From Eubacteriaceae bacterium (lineage in GTDB: Bacteria > Bacillota > Clostridia > Eubacteriales > Eubacteriaceae), in contig JBOFGH010000003.1 of assembly GCA_051649025.1 (NCBI GenBank), forward strand, positions 4,261 to 68,260: a stretch of DNA of 64,000 nt, in the 5' to 3' direction. Every line of letters starts with the position of its first letter. The first letter of the stretch is position 1. The position numbers were made by a program, and so were the translations under genes. Shown one piece after another: positions 54,092 to 62,694 of the stretch. Under the pieces are notes generated by a model. The model ran no database searches. It saw only the letters and a program-made list of their open reading frames with translations, and had not been told where the DNA came from.

Positions 54092-54622
54092 ATGAATCAT
54101 TTCGTAAAAGGAAATCCCGACTTATGTATTGGTTGTAGAACCTGTATGATTGGTTGTGTTGTTTCTCATGAAGGGTTACGGATTTTTGAAGTGGATCCAG
54201 ATAGTTATTCTTTTAATCCAAAACTCCATGTTGTAAAAACAGCAACCATTACTGTTCCTGTGCAGTGCAAACATTGCGAAACTCCTGCATGTAAAACCGT
54301 TTGTACCCCAGGAGCTATTTCTCATATTAACAATGCAGTAGTGATTGACAAAGACAAATGTATTGGATGCAAAACTTGTATGTCAGCTTGTCCGTTTGGT
54401 GCTATTGATATGGTACCAGTCACTGGAGAGTTTCAGGTTGATGGCAGTGAAAAATTCGTGGCAAACAAATGTGATCTTTGTGTCGAAAATAAAAATGGAC
54501 CTACCTGTACACGGGTTTGTCCTACCCAAGCATTGGAATTAGTGACCGAAGATGATTTAAAAGAAAGCTGCGAAAATAAAAGAATCGAAGCTTTGAAATA
54601 TAATATTCAATTTAAAAAATAA
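54092..54622 (+). CDS. HycB-like 4Fe-4S dicluster electron-transfer subunit
   Basis: The ATG at 54092 (MNHFVKG...) follows AAGGAGGG, 1 nt after the fdhF stop. It has four CxxCxxCxxxCP-type motifs. Confidence 0.85.
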   Translation: MNHFVKGNPDLCIGCRTCMIGCVVSHEGLRIFEVDPDSYSFNPKLHVVKTATITVPVQCKHCETPACKTVCTPGAISHINNAVVIDKDKCIGCKTCMSACPFGAIDMVPVTGEFQVDGSEKFVANKCDLCVENKNGPTCTRVCPTQALELVTEDDLKESCENKRIEALKYNIQFKK

Positions 54623-54726
54623 ATAATGAGTTGAAAATGGCGAGGAGAATCGTCATTTTCGACTTTGTTTTGTTGGTTTGATTTTGATTGACAGTTGCTT
54701 AACTGGGATACGAGAGAGGATAATAA

Positions 54727-55287
54727 ATGAAAAAACAGCTAGGAACATTTGTAAGCGGTGATAGTTCTAAGTGCACAGGATGTAAAGCTTGTGAGATTGC
54801 TTGTTTTGTCGTCCATAGTCAAAAGGATAATCCGATTGGAAAAACGGTTGGGACAGTAACGACACCTGTAACCCCTCGATTATTTGTAACAAAGTTTTCA
54901 GACAGCGCAATGCCAATACAATGTAAACATTGTGAGGATGCGCCTTGCTTGAATGCTTGTACTAAAAAAGCGGTTTTTCGAGAAGATGGACATATCATTG
55001 TTAAAGAAGAACTTTGTATTGGGTGCAAAGATTGTATGATGGCTTGCCCTTTTGGAGCAGTCACTTTATTACCAGTAGCAAGAGGTGGGAAAATAGTGAT
55101 GCAAGCCTCGGAAGATGAAGAACAAAAATCGGCATTTAAGTGCGATTTTTGTATTGGATTAGAGAAGGGTCCAGCATGTATTGATGTGTGTCCACATCAG
55201 GCATTGGAAATTGTTAGTCCAGAAGAAGATCGTGTTGAAAAAAATATCAAGGCAGCAATGGCATTAGCATTTACGAAATCTTATTAA
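54727..55287 (+). CDS. HycB-like 4Fe-4S dicluster electron-transfer subunit (second copy)
   Basis: 186-aa ORF with multiple CxxCxxCxxxC(P) motifs. It is a paralog of 54092..54622. Confidence 0.85.
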   Translation: MKKQLGTFVSGDSSKCTGCKACEIACFVVHSQKDNPIGKTVGTVTTPVTPRLFVTKFSDSAMPIQCKHCEDAPCLNACTKKAVFREDGHIIVKEELCIGCKDCMMACPFGAVTLLPVARGGKIVMQASEDEEQKSAFKCDFCIGLEKGPACIDVCPHQALEIVSPEEDRVEKNIKAAMALAFTKSY

Positions 55288-55302
55288 GGGAGGAGGAAGA
55301 AG

Positions 55303-56661
55303 ATGATAATTAATATTGACCAAAATATATGTACAGGCTGTAGAGAATGTGCGGAGGTTTGTCCTTCGTTTGCTATTGATGGCGAAAAAGGAATGCCCCA
55401 GACCATTAATCTCGATAAATGCGTGATGTGTGGACAGTGTGTTCAAAAATGTAAAGCATATGTTTCTATCCTTTCCCATGGAGAAGAAATTTATGAGACT
55501 GTAAAAAAAGAGCGAGGGATTCCAGAAACCGTATCGGAACCTTTATTTGCAGCGTATAATGTTTGTAATTTGAATAAACTAAAAAAAGCATTGAAAGATC
55601 CCAAAGTGGTGACGATGGTTCAATGTGCTCCAGCAGTCCGTGTTGGGATTGCAGAAGATTTTGGCTATCCATTAGGAACATTGGCTCCTGGAAAATTAGC
55701 AGCTGCCTTAAGACAAATTGGGTTTGACAAAGTATATGATGCAAACTTTCCTGCAGATGTTACAATCATGGAAGAAGGAACTGAATTAATTAATCGGGTT
55801 TTAGAAGGTGGCACATTACCGATGTTTACTTCTTGTTGTCCAGCTTGGGTCACTTTTTTAGAGCGAAACTATCCAGATTTAAAAGACCATTTATCCTCAT
55901 GTAAAAGCCCACAACAAATGGGTGGCGCATTATTTAAGACCTATGGAGCAAAAATTGAAAAGGTAGAACCAGCAGATATTTTTAGTGTCGCAGTAATGCC
56001 ATGTACTTGTAAAGAATTCGAATGCAATCGTGAGGAAATGAAGAGTAGTGGTTATCAGGACGTTGATATTGCCATTACTACAAGAGAACTTTCATGGTTA
56101 ATTAAAGAATTTGGGATTGATTTTAATGGACTTCAAAATGAAGAATTTGATAAGCCAATGGGTCTTTATACAGGCGCTGGAACTATTTTTGGGGTTACCG
56201 GTGGTGTTATGGAAGCAGCGATTCGAACTGGCTACGAATTGATAACAAACCAACAGATTCCAAACATCGACATTCCGGCGGTTAGAGGAAAAGAAGGGTT
56301 TAGAACCGCAGTTATTAAGATTGGGGATATTGATCTTAAAGTGGGAATTGTCACTGGGCTTAAAAATGTGATTCCCGTTTTAGAAGCATTAAAAGCAGGA
56401 AAACTTGATTTGCATTTTATCGAAGTGATGACGTGTCCTCAAGGTTGTATTAGTGGCGGTGGACAGCCTAAACTACTCTTAGACACCGATCGAGAAGAAG
56501 CTTATGAAGCACGTTGCGCGGGAACATTTGAACATGATAAGGAGCTACCTTACCGTAAATCTCATGAAAATCCAGGGATTAAAAAAATCTATAAAGAGTT
56601 TTTAAAACAGCCGAACTCTGAAGTGTCGCATCATTTGCTTCACACAAAATATTGTATTTAG
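55303..56661 (+). CDS. hydA: [FeFe]-hydrogenase catalytic subunit (HydA, HDCR-type)
   Basis: 452-aa ORF with two N-terminal ferredoxin-type clusters and the H-cluster motifs TSCCPAWV, MPCTCKEFE and EVMTCPQGCISGGGQP. Confidence 0.9.
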   Translation: MIINIDQNICTGCRECAEVCPSFAIDGEKGMPQTINLDKCVMCGQCVQKCKAYVSILSHGEEIYETVKKERGIPETVSEPLFAAYNVCNLNKLKKALKDPKVVTMVQCAPAVRVGIAEDFGYPLGTLAPGKLAAALRQIGFDKVYDANFPADVTIMEEGTELINRVLEGGTLPMFTSCCPAWVTFLERNYPDLKDHLSSCKSPQQMGGALFKTYGAKIEKVEPADIFSVAVMPCTCKEFECNREEMKSSGYQDVDIAITTRELSWLIKEFGIDFNGLQNEEFDKPMGLYTGAGTIFGVTGGVMEAAIRTGYELITNQQIPNIDIPAVRGKEGFRTAVIKIGDIDLKVGIVTGLKNVIPVLEALKAGKLDLHFIEVMTCPQGCISGGGQPKLLLDTDREEAYEARCAGTFEHDKELPYRKSHENPGIKKIYKEFLKQPNSEVSHHLLHTKYCI

Positions 56662-56680
56662 TTAATAAATAAACTTTAAG

Positions 56681-56735
56681 CATATGATTGCAGTCGAGGG
56701 GTTTTAATTAAAATCCCATAGATTGCAATCATATG
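56681..56735 (+). terminator. long hairpin downstream of hydA (possible terminator/processing site)
   Basis: The outer stem is CATATGATTGCA / TGCAATCATATG and the inner stem is GGGGTTTTAATTAAAATCCC. No clear T-run follows it. Confidence 0.35.
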
Positions 56736-56756
56736 ACTTAAATGAAATGATTGTTT

Positions 56757-56854
56757 GGGGGTAGTTAGGTTACTGGTGTACCTCTTAGTCTTCAAAACTA
56801 ATGTTGGGCGTTAGAAGCGTCCTGGGTGGGTTCGATTCCCACATACTCCCGCCA
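56757..56854 (+). tRNA. selC: tRNA-Sec (anticodon UCA)
   Basis: Hand-folded. The anticodon loop is CTTCAAA (UCA). There is a long variable arm (GGGCG..CGTCC), a T-arm GTGGG-TTCGATT-CCCAC, an extended acceptor stem (7 pairs plus 1 mismatch of 8), a long D-stem with a 4-nt loop, and an encoded GCCA end. Confidence 0.85.
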
Positions 56855-57104
56855 AAAGATAATTAAATTAGAATCAGAAGTTTAGGTTTGCATCTTTCTT
56901 CTGGTTTTTCTGTGTTTTGTTTTATTTATCCAGATACAGAAAGAGACAAACAATGGTTAATACTAGAAACTAATGGCATGGACATCGCATTTTCTCCAAA
57001 TTCTCTGGAATATTATGTTTGAATTGTATATACAGGTCGATATAAGTATGTTATAATTTCAACAAACGATTTCAATCAATGAAATCAAGAAAGGAGAAAG
57101 AAGG

Positions 57105-57881
57105 GTGAATAATTTTTTAACTCCCGGAGAAATTGCAGAGGTTTGGGTAAAAAATGGTAAAAATAAGGCAGCATTGTCAGTAGGTAAGATGCTTATATTA
57201 GGTGTTCTTGCTGGTGTGTTTATTGGCTTTGGTGCGTATGGGTTCACAATTATTACTTCAGGTGCTAGCACTGGATTTGAAGTAACAGTTGCCAAATTTA
57301 TGGGTGCCGCTGTGTTCCCGGCTGGGTTAATGCTTGTTATTATGTGTGGTGCAGAACTATTTACAGGAAATAACCTTTTGACACTTGCAGTGTTTAAAAA
57401 GGAAATTACTGTGGGATCGATGTTTAAAAACTGGGCGATTGTCTATGTTGCCAATTTTATTGGAGCCATTCTGTTAGCGTGGTTATTTTCATTAACGGCA
57501 CTTTACGGCGGAGAAGCCATGGCGGCAAAAGCCATTGCTATTGCCGAAGCTAAAGTATCTATTCCGGTGATCGATGTGATTATCAGAGCGATACTTTGTA
57601 ACATGCTTGTTGTTCTTGCTTGTTGGATGCAAGCAGGTGCAAAGGACATTATTGGAAAAATATTTGCGATATGGTTCCCAATCATGCTATTTGTTTTGGC
57701 TGGCTTTGAACATAGTGTAGCAAATATGTTTTATTTACCAATGGGATATTTCTTGGGTGCAAACATTACCTGGGGTCAAATCTGGTTAAACAACTTGATT
57801 CCGGTCACTATTGGAAACATCATTGGTGGAGCAGTCATCATACCAATGGCTTATTACTTTGCTTATTTAAAAAAATCATAG
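57105..57881 (+). CDS. formate/nitrite transporter (FNT) family channel
   Basis: 258-aa ORF with a GTG start. GAELFTGN and FEHSVANM are hallmark FNT motifs. Confidence 0.85.
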   Translation: MNNFLTPGEIAEVWVKNGKNKAALSVGKMLILGVLAGVFIGFGAYGFTIITSGASTGFEVTVAKFMGAAVFPAGLMLVIMCGAELFTGNNLLTLAVFKKEITVGSMFKNWAIVYVANFIGAILLAWLFSLTALYGGEAMAAKAIAIAEAKVSIPVIDVIIRAILCNMLVVLACWMQAGAKDIIGKIFAIWFPIMLFVLAGFEHSVANMFYLPMGYFLGANITWGQIWLNNLIPVTIGNIIGGAVIIPMAYYFAYLKKS

Positions 57882-58097
57882 TTTAGTGACTTTTGCTCTT
57901 TGTTTTAAGAGCAAAAGTTGCCAAATTAAATAAAAATATTGAAATTACCTATAAAGAATAAATTTTAACATGCTAAGTAAACTAAACTTAGGTTATAATA
58001 AACATACAAAGATTGAGTGATTAGGTGAAGAGAAGAAAAACTGACAAAAAATAGATAAGTCGAACTTTCGAAACTTCAAAGGAGATGAAGCACAGGA

Positions 58098-58748
58098 ATG
58101 AAACATAGCATTGTAAGATCCATAGAAGGATTATATGAAGATAGAACCCTTGAGCTTGTTCGTATTGCCATACGAAAAGGATTTACACCCATCGAGATTT
58201 TTGGATGGTTGCAAATTGGGATGGAACGTGTTGGAAAGCTTTATGAAACAAGTGATTATTTCATTGCCGATTTAATTTTTGCTGGGATCATTTTTCAAGA
58301 AGTGATGGAACTTGATGAAATAAAAGCAATCAACAGTGTGCTGCCCAAAAATAAAATTGGGAAGATAATGTTGTTTTCTGTCTTTGGGGATTGCCATGAT
58401 ATTGGGAAAAATATTTTTGGCTCCTTTGCAAAAACTGCAGGATTCGAAATCATCGATCTAGGAACGGACGTGTCTTTACATAAAGTAATGGATGCGATTG
58501 AAAAGCAAAAACCTGATATCATTGGTTTGAGCGGGATGCAACAAGAAACAGTTTATGAAATGCGTGCAACGGTTTGTGAAATGATTAACCGAGGGATCAG
58601 AGATGACTATCGAGTCATTATTGGTGGTGCAGTGGTTGGCGATAATATTGGAGACATGGTAGGAGCAGATTTTGCAACGAAAGATGTGACTAAGGGTGTT
58701 GAAATGTGTAAGCGATGGATGCAAGAAAAAGCAACCGTGAGAGATTAA
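58098..58748 (+). CDS. corrinoid (B12)-binding protein
   Basis: 216-aa ORF with DxHxxG (GDCHDIGKNIF), GLSGM and GADFAT..V.KGVEMC motifs. Confidence 0.85.
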   Translation: MKHSIVRSIEGLYEDRTLELVRIAIRKGFTPIEIFGWLQIGMERVGKLYETSDYFIADLIFAGIIFQEVMELDEIKAINSVLPKNKIGKIMLFSVFGDCHDIGKNIFGSFAKTAGFEIIDLGTDVSLHKVMDAIEKQKPDIIGLSGMQQETVYEMRATVCEMINRGIRDDYRVIIGGAVVGDNIGDMVGADFATKDVTKGVEMCKRWMQEKATVRD

Positions 58749-58776
58749 AATAAAAAAGTTAAGGTGGTGAATAGCA

Positions 58777-59481
58777 GTGGGATCCCCCGAATATCTAAAA
58801 ATAGTAGAAGCGATTAAAAATAAAATAACAACTGAAGAAATTAAGCCGGGAGATGCCATTCAATCTGAGAACCTTCTTTGCGAAGAGTTTAATGTGAGCC
58901 GAATGACGGTCAGAAAAGGGTTAGCAGTTTTGGTAAATGAAGGTTACATTTACTCGATTCCTGGAAAAGGAAATTACGTATGCGAACCTAATTTGGATCT
59001 ATATACCTTACATTTTGACGAGATGATTCCGACTGAAAGAAAAGGGGAAGAAATTCGTTTAGTGGAAGTTAATGTGGTAAAGCCAAGCTACGAAGTTGGA
59101 TTTAATCTTGAAATTCCTGAGAACAAACATGTTATTGTCGTAAAACGTATTTTTTTAAGTGATGGTTTGGTAAAGGCGTATGATATTAAATATATTCCTT
59201 ACTATCGAGGGATTCCAATTGTAGAAAAAGAAATACGTTATGCAACCTTCCCAGAAATGGTGGCAAAAAAGAACTCCATTTTTGCGATGACCAAAAAATT
59301 GAAGATAAAGGCGGTTGCTGCAAAAGGGGAAGTTCGTAAAATTTTAGACGTTATTGAAGGAGAACCTTTACTTGTGGTTGAACAAAAACTCTTAGACGAG
59401 AAGGATCATCCCATTGGGTGGGGACTTATGTATTTTACAGGTGAAGATTCAGGTCTAGAGGCAATCGCTTCTTTTGATTAA
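58777..59481 (+). CDS. GntR-family (HutC/UTRA-type) transcriptional regulator
   Basis: 234-aa ORF. SENLLCEEFNVSRMTVRKGLAVLVNEGYIYSIPGKGNYV closely parallels the regulator at 5694..6401. Confidence 0.85.
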   Translation: MGSPEYLKIVEAIKNKITTEEIKPGDAIQSENLLCEEFNVSRMTVRKGLAVLVNEGYIYSIPGKGNYVCEPNLDLYTLHFDEMIPTERKGEEIRLVEVNVVKPSYEVGFNLEIPENKHVIVVKRIFLSDGLVKAYDIKYIPYYRGIPIVEKEIRYATFPEMVAKKNSIFAMTKKLKIKAVAAKGEVRKILDVIEGEPLLVVEQKLLDEKDHPIGWGLMYFTGEDSGLEAIASFD

Positions 59482-59490
59482 TCAGAACAA

Positions 59491-60192
59491 TTGAGGTATG
59501 GAATGGAAAAAAATATCTTATTAATTGCTTGCGGAATGATAAAAGATGAAATTTCTTTAGCAATGAGGAACATTAAAAGATCTTACGACACCATCTGGAT
59601 GAGTCCAGAACTCCATACAAATCCTGATTTTTTACGGGAAGAACTACAGAAAGAAATATTAAGAAATCAGCATTATGATGTGATATTACTAGCCTATGGA
59701 AATTGTGGAAAAGCATTAGTTGGTATTGTTAGTGAAAAATCTGTTTTGGTTTTTTTGCGTTCTGAAGATTGTATTCAAATGTTGCTTCATCAGAATAAAG
59801 ATTTAAAGAGTCTTCGTGGTGAAACTTACTTTATTACAAAAGGCTGGATGACTGGAAAGAAATCATTAAAAGAAGAGTATCATTATGCGATCAATAAATA
59901 TGGCCCTAAAAAAGCTGAAATTATCATGGAGATTATGTTTAAAAATTACGAATCATTAATGATGATTGACTCTGGAGCGTATGAGTTAGAAAACTGGATT
60001 CATTGCGCGAGACATTTAAGTAAGGTTCTTAAATTAGATTTTGTTATAACGCCAGGAGATGTTGAACTGCTGGAAATGTTTTTGTCCCTTCAATGGGATC
60101 ATCGAACGGTGATTGTTCCTCCGGGAAAAAATATTTCCATTGATGATTTTGGAATGGAATGTGTGGTTCTTGCACCTTTAAATAAAATTTAG
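59491..60192 (+). CDS. DUF1638-like protein
   Basis: 233-aa ORF with a probable start at 59503. The LLIACGMIKDE and ILLAYGNCGKAL...EDCIQMLL patterns resemble DUF1638, a family often encoded next to corrinoid methyltransferase genes. This is recognition from memory. Confidence 0.6.
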   Translation: MRYGMEKNILLIACGMIKDEISLAMRNIKRSYDTIWMSPELHTNPDFLREELQKEILRNQHYDVILLAYGNCGKALVGIVSEKSVLVFLRSEDCIQMLLHQNKDLKSLRGETYFITKGWMTGKKSLKEEYHYAINKYGPKKAEIIMEIMFKNYESLMMIDSGAYELENWIHCARHLSKVLKLDFVITPGDVELLEMFLSLQWDHRTVIVPPGKNISIDDFGMECVVLAPLNKI

Positions 60193-60215
60193 TTTTAGTA
60201 TAAAAAAGAAGATTC

Positions 60216-60246
60216 AAAACAACAGTTATTGGCTGTTGTTTTTTAT
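60216..60246 (+). terminator. intrinsic terminator
   Basis: AACAACAG-TTATTGG-CTGTTGTT hairpin followed by T5. Confidence 0.75.
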
Positions 60247-60340
60247 TTATAAGGTGCTTACTGGACACAAAAAGGACAAAGCAGTATAATAGAAAAAAGA
60301 AATAGAAAAATTTAAGATAAGAAAAAGAGAAGGCAGAAAA

Positions 60341-61816
60341 ATGAAAATAAAAGAAATAATAAAGGTATTAGATATTCAAGAAGAAATAAATATTGATGGC
60401 GAAACCAGTGTTAAGGGGATTGCATATAACTCTTTGGAAGTGAAACCTGACATGTTGTTTGTCGCTATTTCAGGATTTCAAACAGATGGACATAAGTATA
60501 TTGACGACGCGATCAAAAAAGGGGCATCAGTGATTGTGTTTGAAAAAGATCTAAAGGCTTATCAAGCGGGGATTGCTTATATTAAGGTTAAGGATTCAAG
60601 ACATGCTTTAGGGACGATTGGTGCTAGTTTTTATGGAAATCCCTCCCGAGAAATGGTGGTTACTGGAGTTACAGGGACTAATGGAAAAACATCGATTACT
60701 TATATGTTAAATACTATTTTTAAAAAGGCAGGGAAGAAATGCGGACTTATTGGGACAATACACAATATTATCGATGAAAGGATCATCGATAATAAGGGGC
60801 GAACGACCCCAGAATCCCTTGAACTTCATGAAATGATTAGGGAAATGAGAAATGAAGGGTGTGACTATCTATCAATGGAAGTTTCATCCCATGGATTATC
60901 CCTTGATCGGGTCAATGGTGTGGATTTTAAATATGGAATCTTTACCAACCTCACCCAAGACCATTTAGATTACCATAAAACCTTTGAGAATTATTTTGAT
61001 GCAAAGGCAAAGCTTTTTTTACAAGTAAAGGGAACCAATATTATCAACGGAGACGATCACTGGGGACGAATGCTATGTGAAATTTTAGAAGAGAAGACAG
61101 AGATCCCCATAATTACATATGGTTTTGAGCCAACGAATGATTATGTGGCAGTGGATATGGAATATGGTACTATGGGAACTCGGTACACATTGGTGACACC
61201 GACAGGGGAGGAAGAAATCTTTTTAAATATCCCAGGGGAATTTATGGTCTATAATAGCATGGCAGCAATTATTAATGCCATTGAAGAAGAAATACCCATG
61301 TCGGTTATTAAATCTGCGATGGCCAATATGCCTGGGGTTGAGGGGCGAATGGAACGACTTGACGTTGACGCAGATTTTGATGTGATCATTGACTATGCCC
61401 ATTCTCCAGATTCTTTAGAGAAGTTGCTAAAATCTGTTAGGAAAATTTATCGTGGAAAGTTGGTTCTTGTTTTTGGTTGTAACGGGGATAGAGATAAAGC
61501 AAAAAGGCCGATTATGGGTAGAATAGCAGGAGAAAATGCGGATGAAATCGTGGTTACTTCCGACAATCCAGCGAGTGAAAACCCCATGGATATTATTGAA
61601 GCGGTCGTTCGGGGAGTCGCGGAAAAAACAAAGAATTTTCATGTTGTGGAAGTACGAGATGCGGGTGTTTATTTTGGAGCGACACTCTGCAACCCTGGGG
61701 ATGTTCTTGTTTTAGCAGGGAAAGGTCACGAGAAACAAGAAATCATGAAAGATGAAACGTTGTATTACAACGAATGGGATACAGCAAGAGAAGCCATTGC
61801 TCGATTGAAAAAATAG
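60341..61816 (+). CDS. murE: UDP-N-acetylmuramoyl-L-alanyl-D-glutamate--2,6-diaminopimelate ligase
   Basis: 491-aa ORF with GVTGTNGKTS, TTPE, MEVSSHGL and the meso-DAP-type DNPR-like motif region (TSDNPASENP). Confidence 0.9.
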   Translation: MKIKEIIKVLDIQEEINIDGETSVKGIAYNSLEVKPDMLFVAISGFQTDGHKYIDDAIKKGASVIVFEKDLKAYQAGIAYIKVKDSRHALGTIGASFYGNPSREMVVTGVTGTNGKTSITYMLNTIFKKAGKKCGLIGTIHNIIDERIIDNKGRTTPESLELHEMIREMRNEGCDYLSMEVSSHGLSLDRVNGVDFKYGIFTNLTQDHLDYHKTFENYFDAKAKLFLQVKGTNIINGDDHWGRMLCEILEEKTEIPIITYGFEPTNDYVAVDMEYGTMGTRYTLVTPTGEEEIFLNIPGEFMVYNSMAAIINAIEEEIPMSVIKSAMANMPGVEGRMERLDVDADFDVIIDYAHSPDSLEKLLKSVRKIYRGKLVLVFGCNGDRDKAKRPIMGRIAGENADEIVVTSDNPASENPMDIIEAVVRGVAEKTKNFHVVEVRDAGVYFGATLCNPGDVLVLAGKGHEKQEIMKDETLYYNEWDTAREAIARLKK

Positions 61817-61875
61817 TCATTAAAAGAGAAAAACGCCGATGTGAAAGATTAACTTAATCACATCGGCGTTTTCTA

Positions 61876-62637
61876 TTAAATAAGGGTGAGGGAAATGGGA
61901 CAATGGTCAGAGCCTAAAACATCGTTATGGATTTCTGAGGTTTGAATTTTTTCCATAAAAGCAGTATTAACAAAAAAGGCATCAATCCGCCATCCAGCAT
62001 TGTTTTTACGGGCGTTAAATCGGTAGGACCACCAACTGTATTTTATCTCTTCGGGGTGTTGGAAACGCCAAACATCGATCATGCCAATGGACAAAAAGCT
62101 ATCAATCCAAGCACGTTCTTCAGGTAAAAACCCTGAGCGTTTAGAATTTTCTTTTGGGTGTTTGAGATCCATCTCTTGGTGGGCAATGTTGATATCCCCA
62201 CAAACAATCACATTTTTTCCTTCATCTAAAAGCTTTTGGATATCCTTTTGCAAGCATCGGTTAAAATCCATTTTAAACTGAAGTCGTTCATCGTCTTTTT
62301 GACCATTGGGGAAATAAACGTTGTATAAAATAAAATCAGGATACTCCATAATAATCGTTCGCCCTTCATTATTAAACATTGGATCTGAAAGTCCGGTTTT
62401 AATTGTGAGGGGTTCGTTTTTATAATAGATAGCGGTACCGCTGTATCCTTTTTTCTCGCCAGCGTGAAAGAAAGCAGTGTAGCCAGGGAGATTGATTAGT
62501 GCATCGCTGAGTTGATGGGCATCCGCTTTGGTTTCTTGGAGACATAAAATATCTGGATTAGCTTCGAGAACCCAATCCAGAAAGCCTTTTTTTTCTACAG
62601 CACGAATGCCGTTAACATTCCAACATATAATTTTCAT
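61876..62637 (-). CDS. xth: exodeoxyribonuclease III
   Basis: 253-aa ORF with WNVNGIRA, LCLQETK, GDINIAH, WSYR and SDHCPI motifs. Confidence 0.9.
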   Translation of the reverse strand: MKIICWNVNGIRAVEKKGFLDWVLEANPDILCLQETKADAHQLSDALINLPGYTAFFHAGEKKGYSGTAIYYKNEPLTIKTGLSDPMFNNEGRTIIMEYPDFILYNVYFPNGQKDDERLQFKMDFNRCLQKDIQKLLDEGKNVIVCGDINIAHQEMDLKHPKENSKRSGFLPEERAWIDSFLSIGMIDVWRFQHPEEIKYSWWSYRFNARKNNAGWRIDAFFVNTAFMEKIQTSEIHNDVLGSDHCPISLTLI

Positions 62638-62694
62638 GAGGTTTATTCCTTTTCCTTTTAATTAAATTTAGGGGAAAGCCTTGAAAACTTTCCT

